A stretch of 64,000 nucleotides of DNA, from positions 544,001-608,000 of the forward strand of contig CAWFFU010000011.1 of assembly GCA_963815215.1 (NCBI GenBank). Reading direction: 5' to 3'. Source of the stretch: an uncultured Trueperaceae bacterium (GTDB lineage Bacteria > Deinococcota > Deinococci > Deinococcales > Trueperaceae). Below the pieces are notes generated by a model. That model searched no databases, had not been told where the DNA came from, and saw nothing but the letters and a program-made list of their open reading frames with translations. Both the position numbers and the translations under genes were made by a program. Each line of letters starts with the position of its first letter. Position 1 is the first letter of the stretch. Positions 49,712-59,582 of the stretch are shown here, one piece after another.

Positions 49712-51286
49712 ATGATGACGAAGCACCGGGCCCACTGGTGGATTGTGTCTATCGCCTGTATCGTGGCCCTAGGTTGGGCTGCGAGCACGGCTGGCGCCCA
49801 AGAGGGCCCCACGCTCACCATCTCCGACGAGGGCATCGCCGACCTACCTACGATCGACCCCCATCTCGCCGGTGACACCAACACGGCCCTCGTCGATAAC
49901 CTGCTCTTCAACGGCCTGACGCGGATCGACAAGACGGGTACGGCGGTGCCTGACCTTGCCACCTGGACCGTCTCCAACGGCGGCAAGACCTACCTATTCA
50001 CTCTCAACAAAGCAGCCCGCTTCTCCGACGGCAATGCGATGACCGCCGATGACGTCGCTTGGTCGCTGGAGCGTGCCCTGTCGCCGGCCATCACCAGCAA
50101 GGGTGGGTTCGGGATCAGCATGATGAGCCTGATCGACGGCGCGAATGCCTACAATAGCGGCAAGGCGACGTCCATCACAGGGATCCATGTGCAATCGCCG
50201 ACGCAGCTCCAGATTGACCTCACCGCCGGCGCCGGTTACTTCCCGGCCGTCCTCAGCGGCTCTTGGGGAGCCATCCTCGAGAAGTCGGCAGGCGACAAGC
50301 TGATCGGCGCGGGACCGTTCATGCTCGAGAACTGGGCCCACGGTCAATCGATCACCGTCGTGGCCAATCCAAACTACCTTCATGGCACGCCCAAGCTGCA
50401 CTCCGTCGTCGTTCGCTTCTTCGCCGACCCCGACACGGCCTTCAACGCTTACCTCACGGGCTCCGTTGACGTCATGGGCGTCGTCCACTTCCCATCGGCG
50501 AAGCTGACGCAGGCCCGGCAGCTCCCGGGCTTCCAGGCGAGCCCTCTCCTGGGGACGACGTACCTGGTGCCGAACGCGAAGACGGCGCCCTTCATGAACG
50601 CCAAGGTCCGGCTGGCGTTCTCCCAGGCGATCGACCGCAAGGCCATCGCTCAACTCCTCTCGGGCTTGGTGCACCCTAGCGACCGCGTGCTGCCGCCAGG
50701 GATCGCCTGCTACGATGCGACTTTGAGCGTGCCGGGATACGATCCGGCGGCCGCCCGCAAGGACCTTGCCGACGCTGGCTATCCTGACGGCCAAGGGCTT
50801 CCGCCTATCACCTACACGTACGGCGCGAACGGACCCGACATGGACCGCATCGCGGCCGCCCTGCAGCAGATGTGGCAGCAGAACCTGGGCGTGCATGTGA
50901 GCCTTAACGCGATGGAGATGGGGTCGTACTTCAAGGCCCTGGACGCTCGCGACTTCCAGGTGGCGATGATCGAGTGGGGCGCAGACTACCCCGACCCGCA
51001 GGACTTCCTGAGCCTCCAGCTCCAGTCCGGGGGACAGGCCAACAACTCGGGCTTCAGTAGCGCCCAGTTCGATCAACTGACCAGCGAGGCGGACGTCAGC
51101 AGCAACCAGGCCCAGCGCTGCCAACTCTACGAACAGGCCGAGAAGGACGCACTCGACGCCGCGGCCTGGATGCCGCTGTACAACCCGTCCGAGAACGTGC
51201 TCATCCGGCCTACAGTTAGTGGACTGACGGTGGGGCCGCTGGGTCTCTACACCGACAACTGGGCGACGGTCAACATCGGCAAGTAG
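49712..51286 (+). CDS. Opp/Dpp family (SBP_bac_5) substrate-binding protein
   Basis: Signal peptide; TIDPH, LFNGL, FSDG..MTADDV, GAGPF, WGADYPDPQDFL. Confidence 0.92.
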   Translation: MMTKHRAHWWIVSIACIVALGWAASTAGAQEGPTLTISDEGIADLPTIDPHLAGDTNTALVDNLLFNGLTRIDKTGTAVPDLATWTVSNGGKTYLFTLNKAARFSDGNAMTADDVAWSLERALSPAITSKGGFGISMMSLIDGANAYNSGKATSITGIHVQSPTQLQIDLTAGAGYFPAVLSGSWGAILEKSAGDKLIGAGPFMLENWAHGQSITVVANPNYLHGTPKLHSVVVRFFADPDTAFNAYLTGSVDVMGVVHFPSAKLTQARQLPGFQASPLLGTTYLVPNAKTAPFMNAKVRLAFSQAIDRKAIAQLLSGLVHPSDRVLPPGIACYDATLSVPGYDPAAARKDLADAGYPDGQGLPPITYTYGANGPDMDRIAAALQQMWQQNLGVHVSLNAMEMGSYFKALDARDFQVAMIEWGADYPDPQDFLSLQLQSGGQANNSGFSSAQFDQLTSEADVSSNQAQRCQLYEQAEKDALDAAAWMPLYNPSENVLIRPTVSGLTVGPLGLYTDNWATVNIGK

Positions 51287-51303
51287 CGACCTCGCTCGAC
51301 CTC

Positions 51304-51344
51304 AGGTGGCCGGCGCCGACCCAACAGATCGGCGCCGGCCACCT
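51304..51344. terminator. 16-bp perfect stem-loop between convergent genes
   Basis: AGGTGGCCGGCGCCGA-N9-TCGGCGCCGGCCACCT. Confidence 0.7.
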
Positions 51345-51357
51345 CCCGCCAGGCCCT

Positions 51358-52625
51358 CTACCTCGGACCGGCCTGCCCCCCTCGTAGAGCGTCCCAGATC
51401 GGAACCTCTCGAGGGTCCACACAGGCCTTGGCGAAGAGATACATCCCTGCCGACCATGCCTGATACGGATGACCCATCGCGCGCCCGGACAGGCCATGGA
51501 TCCACTCGTTGAACTCCCACTCGTTATGCTTTCCTTCGCGGTTGGCCCGCGCAAGGTCCTCCAGGCTGCCCCGTGCAGCTTCGATCGATCCTGCTTGCAC
51601 CAGCGCCGCAACGTGGAAGCCCCCCAGGAAGGGCCATGCACCCCCGTTGTGGTACTGGTGCGGAAGATTGAGGTTCCGGCTCCTGAAGTACTCCCGCCAA
51701 TCCCGGTCACCCGGGTAGACCGGAGGGTAGAACGCCCTCAGCGGGAACGGCTGATCGGCTCCCACGGCGCGCACGTGCTCGAGGATACGATGGGCCTTCG
51801 CGTCGCTCGCAATGCCGAACAGAATCGCGAGCATGTTTCCAAAACCGTCGAAGACCGTGCCAAACTCACGGAAGCCCACCAGGGAAGATAGTACGGAGCC
51901 TCGGTCAGGGTGGCGGTGTTCTGGTATAGGAGGAACCACTCCAACCGCATGCCCTTCAGCCGGTCGAGCTGGCGTCCGAACGCCTCGCCGTCCCACGGCC
52001 GATCTAGCCACATCAAGGCGTTGATACGCTCGGCAACGTCGCCGGCCTGATCTCGGTACGGTTGGCCCGCCTCGCCTACGGATTCTGCCATCGCTGCCAT
52101 GGCCCGTAGCGCGGCCACGAACAAGACGTTGTCGTAGAGCACGTTGTACCGGACCGAGTACAGGTCGGCCCAGTCCCCGGCTTCGGGCACCTCGAGGAGC
52201 CCGCAGGCGTTCATGTCCTGGTAGCGGAGCCACGTGAGGGCCCGCTCGAGAATCGGCCACTGAGCACGCAAGAAGGCATCGTCTGGGCGGACCGAGAGGT
52301 AGGCATGGTGCCCAAGGATGAACCACAGGTTGGCGTCCACCGCGCCTGCGTTCTCCGTCGTGACGTCGCCCGTGCGCGTGTCCACGTTCAGGTGGATCAT
52401 GCCGAGGTCCGTCTGGGTACTCGCCAACGACACTAGCGACGCGCGGACACCATCGATCAGCTCGTCGTCGCCCGAGACGAGAGCGCCCATCGACGTGATA
52501 GGGGCGTCACGCCCCCACACCTGCGGATAGCCGCTGTGAAGCGCAGATGCCTTATACCCAAAGCTCGTCAGGCACTCGCGTAGAACCGACTTTGCGCGCT
52601 CCGCAGCTTCCTCCACGATGCTCAT
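51358..52625 (-). pseudogene. (alpha/alpha)6 glycoside hydrolase (amylo-alpha-1,6-glucosidase/GH100-like) with a frameshift near 51880; pseudogene or sequencing error
   Basis: N-part: YPQVWGRD, DANLWF, EAGDWAD...PYYLPW. It continues in another frame as VGFREFG...YHNGGAWPF, FNEW, QAWSAG. One extra G restores TGG-GTG. Confidence 0.8.
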
Positions 52626-52647
52626 CGACTCGGCTCCCTTTCCACGC

Positions 52648-53553
52648 TCAGCGCCCACCAAGTCCGGTAAGCGTGATGCCACGGATGAAGTATCGCTGCG
52701 CGACCATGAATACCAGTAGGACTGGAAGCAGGGCCACCACCGACCCTGCCATGAGAAGCGTCCACGCGGTGTTGTACTGCCCCTGCAACGTCCGGAGACC
52801 GACCGTGAGCGTGTTCATGCCGACGCTATTGGTGACGACCAACGGGAAAAGGAAGCTGTTCCACTGGAACAGGAAGGTGAAGATGGCCAGTGCAGACAGC
52901 GCGGGTCCCGACAGTGGGAGGATGACGCGGAGGTAGATCTGGAACCGGCTAGCGCCGTCGACGACGGCGGCGTCTTCCAACTCATTCGGGATGGTGAGGA
53001 AGAACTGACGCAGGAGGAAGGTGCCGAATGCGCTGAATGCGGCCGGCAGGATCAAGCCCTGATAGGTGTTGATCCAACCGAGGTAACGCAACAGGATGAA
53101 GTTAGGGATGATCACCACCTGGCCAGGGATCATCAGCGTTCCGAGGTACCCCAGGAAGAGGGCGTCGCGACCCGGGAAGCGTAGCCTCGCGAAGGCGTAG
53201 GCCGCCAGCGAGCTGGTCACCAGTTGGAGAACGGTGACCGATGCAGCCACGATGAAACTATTGAGGAAGAACCGCGCGAACGGAAGGACCGTGAAGACCT
53301 TGATGTAGTTCCCCCACTCGATGGGATGCGGGATCAGATTCGGCGGGTACTCGAAGACCTGGCCGCTGGTCTTGAGGGACGTGGAGATCATCCAGATGAA
53401 CGGCGCCACCAGGAACAAGGCCGTCGGCACCAGGATCAGGGCCAGGAGCCACTGGCCCACCGTGTGAGCACCGAGCCTCCTGCGCATGATCTTGGTGCGG
53501 TGAGGAAGACGCTGCGCGCGGGTGGCGTGGGGGACGATCGAAGGCTCAGCCAT
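52648..53553 (-). CDS. Carbohydrate ABC permease (MalG-like)
   Basis: PFIWMISTSLK, AAYAFARLRFPG, EDAAVVDGAS, WNSFLFP. Confidence 0.92.
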   Translation of the reverse strand: MAEPSIVPHATRAQRLPHRTKIMRRRLGAHTVGQWLLALILVPTALFLVAPFIWMISTSLKTSGQVFEYPPNLIPHPIEWGNYIKVFTVLPFARFFLNSFIVAASVTVLQLVTSSLAAYAFARLRFPGRDALFLGYLGTLMIPGQVVIIPNFILLRYLGWINTYQGLILPAAFSAFGTFLLRQFFLTIPNELEDAAVVDGASRFQIYLRVILPLSGPALSALAIFTFLFQWNSFLFPLVVTNSVGMNTLTVGLRTLQGQYNTAWTLLMAGSVVALLPVLLVFMVAQRYFIRGITLTGLGGR

Positions 53554-54469
53554 AGTGCACCCACCGTTGCTGGTAGCGGAACTGGGCCAGCGTGACGACG
53601 AAGATGATGCCGAACAGCACCCAGGCCATCGCTGCCGCATATCCCATGTGGAAGTACTGGAAGGCGTTGCGATAGATATGGAAGACGATGGTATTGGTGG
53701 CGTTCGCCGGACCGCCTTCCGTCATGATCAGAGCCTGATCGAAGACCTGGAACGAGTTTATGACAGAGATGACCATGACAAAGAATGTCGTGGGCGTGAG
53801 CATGGGCACCGTGATGAAGAAGAACCGCTGGATCGAACTGGCGCCGTCGATGCGGGCTGCCTCATGGAGGTGAGCAGGGACGCCCTGCAGACCGGCGAGG
53901 AACAGCACCATCGAGTAGCCGATCTGCTGCCACACACTCATGATCATGATGGCGGGGAGCGCCCAATGCGTGCTGGCCAGCCAGTTCGGCGGATGACTCA
54001 TGCCGAGCGCATACAGGGCCTCATTCAGGAGCCCGAAGTCGGCGTTGAAGATCCATCGCCACACCAATGCCACGGCGACCGTGGACGCCACCACCGGCAT
54101 GAAGAAGGCTGTCCGGAAGAACAGCTTGCCAGGGATCTCCTGGTTCAGCGCCAGGGCCACCAGCAACGCGATAGCCATCTGCGCCGGGACCGTCCCGAGG
54201 ACGTAGATCGCCGTGTTCCGCAGCACCTGTCCGAAGAGCGGGTCCTGCATGAGTTGCGCATAGTTTGCCAGACCCACCCACTTGGCCGGCTGGAGGAGAT
54301 CCCAGTTGGTGAGGCTTATCACGAGGGCTGCAAGCACCGGAACGAGCGTGAAGATCAAGAAGCCGATCAGATTGGGAAGTAGGAAGCCATAAGCAGCCCA
54401 GACCTCACCACGACCCAGTCTTCGCCGAGGTCGCCGCGCCCGGGAATGTAGAGAGGTCTGGGCTGACAT
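53546..54469 (-). CDS. Carbohydrate ABC permease (MalF-like)
   Basis: WVGLANY, EAARIDGA, MTEGGPANAT. Confidence 0.93.
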   Translation of the reverse strand: MSAQTSLHSRARRPRRRLGRGEVWAAYGFLLPNLIGFLIFTLVPVLAALVISLTNWDLLQPAKWVGLANYAQLMQDPLFGQVLRNTAIYVLGTVPAQMAIALLVALALNQEIPGKLFFRTAFFMPVVASTVAVALVWRWIFNADFGLLNEALYALGMSHPPNWLASTHWALPAIMIMSVWQQIGYSMVLFLAGLQGVPAHLHEAARIDGASSIQRFFFITVPMLTPTTFFVMVISVINSFQVFDQALIMTEGGPANATNTIVFHIYRNAFQYFHMGYAAAMAWVLFGIIFVVTLAQFRYQQRWVHYG

Positions 54470-54471
54470 GG

Positions 54472-55338
54472 TCAGGTCTCGATTCCGAACATGCGTGCTG
54501 CGTTCTGGTAGAAGATCATGTCCCGCTGTTCCTCACTCAACCCCATCTCGGTGAACGCCCGGTTCCACTCCTCCGCGTCTCGCTTCATGCGGTCGAGATC
54601 GCAGTCCGAGCCGTAGACCAGCTTTTCGGGACGGATCTCGTTCATGATGTAACCGCCATCAATGATGTGGCGGCGCACGACATCACCACCCGAGACATCG
54701 AAGAAGAGGCGGGGGCGCCAGCGCGCGATCGCGCAAGCCGTCCTGTAATCGGGCCAGCCGAGGTGCGCACCGATGATGAACAACTCTGGGAAGTGGAACG
54801 CGATCGTGTCCAGGTAGATTGGCTGCATGCGCGCCGACGAGAAGCCGTACCTTCTTCCGCGTGCCTCGCGGCTGAGCTTCGTGACGAGCTTTTCCTCCTC
54901 AGGACCCGTCGGAGGCGCCTTCCAGGCATCCTCCGAACCACCCGCGAGGTAGTCGACTGGCCCGCCGAGGATGCCGGTGTGGAACAGGATGCGTAGACCC
55001 CGAGCCTGCGCCTTCTCGTAGTAGCGGAAGTAGGCCTCGTCGTCGTAGTTCCGAGACGGGCCGAGCGTCTTGATGCCGTGGAATCCACGGTCGGCGAACT
55101 CGTCGATGAGGCTGGGCGGATCTTCGTCCAAACGGAGCCAGCCCATACCCATGATCAGGTCTGGGTAGGTCTCAACGGCCGTCTGGAGCTGGTCGTGACC
55201 TCGGGGACCCGGCGTCCCGAGAAGCGCGATCCTCTGGATCCCTATCTCTTCGGCCTTGTCTCGGAGGGCTTCGAGGAAGCCCTCCGAGCGGTTACGGTCC
55301 CACCAGAAGTAGTGGACGTGTGTATCAATGAGGCGCAT
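54472..55338 (-). CDS. Amidohydrolase superfamily protein (Amidohydro_2-like)
   Basis: IDTHVH, FHTG, AHLGWP, YGSD. Confidence 0.85.
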   Translation of the reverse strand: MRLIDTHVHYFWWDRNRSEGFLEALRDKAEEIGIQRIALLGTPGPRGHDQLQTAVETYPDLIMGMGWLRLDEDPPSLIDEFADRGFHGIKTLGPSRNYDDEAYFRYYEKAQARGLRILFHTGILGGPVDYLAGGSEDAWKAPPTGPEEEKLVTKLSREARGRRYGFSSARMQPIYLDTIAFHFPELFIIGAHLGWPDYRTACAIARWRPRLFFDVSGGDVVRRHIIDGGYIMNEIRPEKLVYGSDCDLDRMKRDAEEWNRAFTEMGLSEEQRDMIFYQNAARMFGIET

Positions 55339-56582
55339 TATTGGCCTAGCTTCGCCTGAGCCTGCTTGGCGATGATCGGAAGCTCCTCTGCCGCGGTCTT
55401 CTCGCCGTTCCAGACGAGATCGAGGCCGGGAACGACGATCGTCCCTTCGATCTCGGACCAGCCGGGGAACACTGGGAACAGGCGGCCGTTGGCCGTTTCG
55501 TCGATGAAGACCTGACGGTCAACCCCCTTGGGTGGGGCGGACTCGAACGCCTGCGCGGTCTGGGGCGAATTGTACGCAGGCACGGCCAAACCGGTCTTGG
55601 CAAAGATCGCCTGACCCTGCGGGCCTGACAGGAACTTCAGGAAGGTCCAGGCCGCGGCCTTGTTCTTGGACGTGGAGGACATGACGTAGCCGGCTCCACC
55701 CGCCGTGTTGGCCCGGATGCCCGTCGGCCCCATGGGCAACGGCGCCACATCCCACTTGAAGTCGACCTTCGCGAAGGTGGGGAGGCGCGCGGCGTTGGTC
55801 ATGACCATCGCCACACGGCCCGTGCTGAACAGCTCGGTGGTGCTGCCGAGCTGCTGCATCGCGTCGAAGCTAGGAACCGACTTATCCTTCAGGATCATGT
55901 CGGCAACGAACTGAATCGCCTTCACGGCCGCGGGCTGATCCATCAGGAACTTGGTGGCGTGAAGCGGGTTATCGACGACGCTGCCGCCATTCTGATACAC
56001 CCACAGCGGGTACTTGTTCTTCTCGATTGCCAACCCGTACTGCACCGTGCGGCCGCGCGCATCCTGCTTCGTCAGCTTCTTGGCTGCAGACTTCAGATCA
56101 CTCCACTTCCATTTGTTCGTCGGATATGCAACCCCGGCAGCGTCGAACAGGTCCTTGTTGTAATAGAGCACTGTCGTGTCGTTGTCGCGCGGGAATCCGT
56201 AGACCTTCCCGTCGTAGCTGAAGATCTTCATCAGGTCCGCGTAGTAGTTGCCAACCGCGAAGTTGTCCTTGGCGATGTAGCTGTCGAGCGGCTCGAGCAC
56301 GCCGCGCGAGGCGTAGCTCGGGATCTCATTCAGGAACATGATGTCGGGCGCCGTACCGCCAGCCATCTCCGTCTGGATCTTGTCGAAGTAGCTACTCCAG
56401 GGATAGTGCTCCGTCTTGATCTTGATGTCGGGGTGCGCGGCCTCGAAGGCCTTGATGACCTCAAAATTGGGGGGAAGCTCGCCGGGGTCGCCCCAGAACG
56501 ACCACGTGATCGTGGTCTGCGCTACGGCAGTCGCAAGGGCGGCGAAAGCAACGATCATAAGCAGTATGCGAATTCTAGACAT
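55338..56582 (-). CDS. Carbohydrate ABC substrate-binding protein
   Basis: Signal peptide AVA-Q; FEAAHPDIKI, APDI, LYYNKDLFDAAGV. Confidence 0.92.
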   Translation of the reverse strand: MSRIRILLMIVAFAALATAVAQTTITWSFWGDPGELPPNFEVIKAFEAAHPDIKIKTEHYPWSSYFDKIQTEMAGGTAPDIMFLNEIPSYASRGVLEPLDSYIAKDNFAVGNYYADLMKIFSYDGKVYGFPRDNDTTVLYYNKDLFDAAGVAYPTNKWKWSDLKSAAKKLTKQDARGRTVQYGLAIEKNKYPLWVYQNGGSVVDNPLHATKFLMDQPAAVKAIQFVADMILKDKSVPSFDAMQQLGSTTELFSTGRVAMVMTNAARLPTFAKVDFKWDVAPLPMGPTGIRANTAGGAGYVMSSTSKNKAAAWTFLKFLSGPQGQAIFAKTGLAVPAYNSPQTAQAFESAPPKGVDRQVFIDETANGRLFPVFPGWSEIEGTIVVPGLDLVWNGEKTAAEELPIIAKQAQAKLGQ

Positions 56583-56639
56583 CCGGGTGCTCCTAGCTGA
56601 GAAGACGAGAGGTGTCGGCGTCGAGGCGCCTTCCGAGCG

Positions 56640-57821
56640 TCACTCTGAACGCGAGTCCGTCGAGAACCCCACCCCCTCTCCCAAGGCATGCTCCAAGATT
56701 CGTTGGCTTCCCGATGCCACCGCAGCCGTCACTGCGCCTCGCAAGCCGGCGTCGTCACCAAGCTTCGAGAGAGCGATCACGGGACGAGAAGGCGATACGG
56801 CGTCCAAGCGGGCCTTCAGTGCGGGCAGGTAGGGTGCGCATCGCATACCGATGCCCCCTCCGATGACAACGACGTCCGGGTCGAGTAGGGTCACGATCCC
56901 TGTCAGCATCCAGGCCAGCGACTCGACGAAACGGTCGACGACCTCCTTGCCGGGTCCTTCGCCGAGGTCCGCCTCGTCGAAAGCGGCGTGCGGATCCCCG
57001 AGACCACCAAGGCTGCGATGCGCCGCCGCAACGCCGGGCCCGGACAATATCTGCTCCATGTTGCCCGCACCGATCAAGGAGGCAGGAAGATAGCCCACTT
57101 CGCCTGCCCGGCCACCGCTCCCCATGAATACCTTCCCATCGAGAACGATCCCACACCCCAGCCCGGTGCCTATGCTCACGAAGACGAATGTCGAAGGCGC
57201 GCCGCCCTCGAAGCAGGCGTGCTCACCTACCGCGGCCAGGTTCACGTCGTTCTGGACCGAAACCGGCTTGCCAACAACGCGCTGAATGTCCGCTTCGATC
57301 CTCTGGCCCTCGAGGGCCGGGATGTTCGGGATGAAGCTCAGTCGACGGGTGATGGGGTCGATCACTCCAGGCGTCCCTATGGTCACCGACAGTACGGACG
57401 CGTAGTCGACAGCCGCAGTCCGCACCACCTCCCTGACCATGTCATTGAGCTGCTGGACAACGGCATCGACAGACTGCGTGCACGTCCGTGCACGTTGGGT
57501 CGCCAGGATCTTTCCGTCAAGATCCGCCAGGCCCGTGCGAACCGTCGTGCCACCCAGATCGACGCCCACGAAGTGACCGGCTGAGGGGTTGAACTGCATG
57601 AGCAAGGGTGGGCGGCCCCCTGCGCTCTTGCCGTGCCCAACGAACGACACGAGTCCAGCCTCCTGCAGGGCTCGGATCAGGTTAGACACCGTGGGTTTGC
57701 TCAGCCCAGTGCGGCGCGACAACTCAGCCCGCGACAGCGGGCCGAGTTGTCGTATGGAATGCAACACACGCAGCACTGCCCGCCCCCTTCCGGCATCGCT
57801 TCTAGAAACCGAGCGGCCCAC
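56640..57821 (-). CDS. ROK family transcriptional repressor
   Basis: SRAELSRRTGLSKPTVS HTH, GGRPP, DLGGT, NDVN, GTGLG, AGEVG. Confidence 0.92.
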   Translation of the reverse strand: MGRSVSRSDAGRGRAVLRVLHSIRQLGPLSRAELSRRTGLSKPTVSNLIRALQEAGLVSFVGHGKSAGGRPPLLMQFNPSAGHFVGVDLGGTTVRTGLADLDGKILATQRARTCTQSVDAVVQQLNDMVREVVRTAAVDYASVLSVTIGTPGVIDPITRRLSFIPNIPALEGQRIEADIQRVVGKPVSVQNDVNLAAVGEHACFEGGAPSTFVFVSIGTGLGCGIVLDGKVFMGSGGRAGEVGYLPASLIGAGNMEQILSGPGVAAAHRSLGGLGDPHAAFDEADLGEGPGKEVVDRFVESLAWMLTGIVTLLDPDVVVIGGGIGMRCAPYLPALKARLDAVSPSRPVIALSKLGDDAGLRGAVTAAVASGSQRILEHALGEGVGFSTDSRSE

Positions 57822-57838
57822 ACATTCTCGTTGAGTTC

Positions 57839-57874
57839 GTTAGTAACCTTACCTAAGTAACTGGAATCTGTCAA
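57839..57874 (-). promoter_or_regulatory. ROK operon promoter overlapped by a candidate ROK operator
   Basis: TTGACA-N17-TAAGGT on the minus strand; imperfect AT-rich palindrome GTTAGTAACCTTACCTAAGTAAC at 57839-57861. Confidence 0.65.
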
Positions 57875-57905
57875 CATGGAAGAATCAAGGGGAACCGAGG
57901 ACACC

Positions 57906-59239
57906 ATGAACCGTATCGAGACGCAAATCCGAGCCGTGCTACCGGTTGCGGCCGCCGATGCCATCGCAATTCGTAGGGACTTCCACATGCACCCAGAGCT
58001 CGGCTGGACGGAGTTCCGTACCGCCAGCCTGATCGCACGCCACCTCAGTGACCTCGGCTTCGAGCTGCGGCTCGGCCGGGAAGCGGTGGCGTCAGACGCT
58101 AGGGTGGGCGTCCCTCCGGCCATCGAGATTGAGCGCGCGTACGCCCTTGCCCGACGGCAGGGCGCGGCGGCAGAGTACCTCGAGGCATTCGAGGGGGGGC
58201 ACACGGCTGTGATCGGTACGATGCACGGAAGCGCCCCCGGCCCGACGACGGCGATCCGTGTGGACGTCGACGCCCTCCCGATCCAGGAGGACGCCACGCT
58301 CTTGCACACGCCCACACGTGAGGGTTTCGCCTCAATCCGAGCCGGCTGCATGCATGCTTGCGGCCACGATGCCCACGCGGCCATCGGCATCGGACTCGCT
58401 CGCGTGCTGAGCGAACTTCGCGTGGGCCTCGCCGGTACCGTGAAGCTCCTGTTCCAGCCCGCCGAGGAAGGGGACGCGGCGCCCTCCCGATGGTGGAGGC
58501 CGGGGCCGTCGACGACGTCGACGCCTTCATCGCCATCCACATCGGCATGGCAGCGCCCAGCGGCAAGCTAATGCCGAGGGTCGACGGGCACCTTGCGAGC
58601 GCCAAGTTCGACGTCCGATTCGAGGGCGCCTCCGCGCATGCCGGGGCGCGCCCCGACGAAGGCAAGAACGCGCTGCTCGCCGCCGCCCAGGCGGCGATGG
58701 GCCTCCATGCCATCCCCCGACACCACGCGGGGCGCTCCCGCGTGAACGTCGGCGCCCTGCGTGCTGGATCGGCGAGGAACACGATCGCCGATCGGGCCAC
58801 GATGCTCGCCGACGTCCGTGGCGACACCGACGACATCGTCGACTACCTGCTCGCTCGTTCCCGGGCTGTGGTAGAAGGCGCCGCCCTGGCGCACGAGGTC
58901 ACCGCAACGTTCGAGCTGGCCGGGCGCACGACGGTCGCCGACTCCGATCCTGAGCTGGCGCTGATCGTCGCTGAGGCCGCCGCAGGCACCCCGGGCCTGG
59001 TCGTCGATCCGTCACCGTTCCCCGCCTACGGCAGCGAGGATGCCACGTACCTCATGCGCCAAGTCCAGGAGCGTGGCGGCAGGGCCATCTACGCGGTGAT
59101 CGGCTCGGACCTCGCGTCTGGACACCACACCCCTCGGTTCGACGTGGACGAGGCAACGTTCGGACCCGCAATCGAGGCCCTGGCGCGGACCGTGCTGGAC
59201 CTGGGACGGAACGGCAGACACACGGATCCCGCGCGATGA
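57906..59239 (+). pseudogene. M20 amidohydrolase (AbgA-like) with a frameshift at the G run 58470-58473; pseudogene or sequencing error
   Basis: RRDFHMHPELGW, RVDVDAL, MHACGHD, FQPAEEG, then a frame change to GRGALPMV...GSEDAT...HHTPRFD. One extra G fuses the halves. Confidence 0.82.
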
Positions 59240-59420
59240 CAGAAGGATCGTCCGGGACGCGCGCCGTGGTTGCAGAAACCATCGCGGCTGGATCGCCCAA
59301 TTCTTGGCCACCCTCCAACCGTCCGGAAGCTCTGGCGCGACCCCGACGTATCGGCCGCCCCAAGGTTCGCTGACGGTTCATTCCGCCTCCACGACCGACT
59401 CACCCTCATCGCTCTCTGAG

Positions 59421-59447
59421 GCCCCCGGTCCCGTTGGGATCGGGGGC
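59421..59447. terminator. GC-rich hairpin downstream of the M20 gene
   Basis: GCCCCCGGTCCC-GTT-GGGATCGGGGGC. Confidence 0.45.
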
Positions 59448-59524
59448 TGCTCAGGCCCAAGGGTCGCGGCGCGACCGCGTCCCGTCACGCCGCTGGGTCG
59501 GCGCGGTGACGGTCGAACGGCCCC

Positions 59525-59555
59525 TTGACACCCCCTATTTTACCCGGGTAATATA
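59525..59555 (+). promoter_or_regulatory. Promoter with overlapping palindromic operator
   Basis: TTGACA-N18-TAATAT; TATTTTACCCGGGTAATATA (18/20 symmetric, perfect core TTACCCGGGTAA). Confidence 0.72.
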
Positions 59556-59582
59556 ACTGCGCCAAGGAACGGCGTCGATCTT

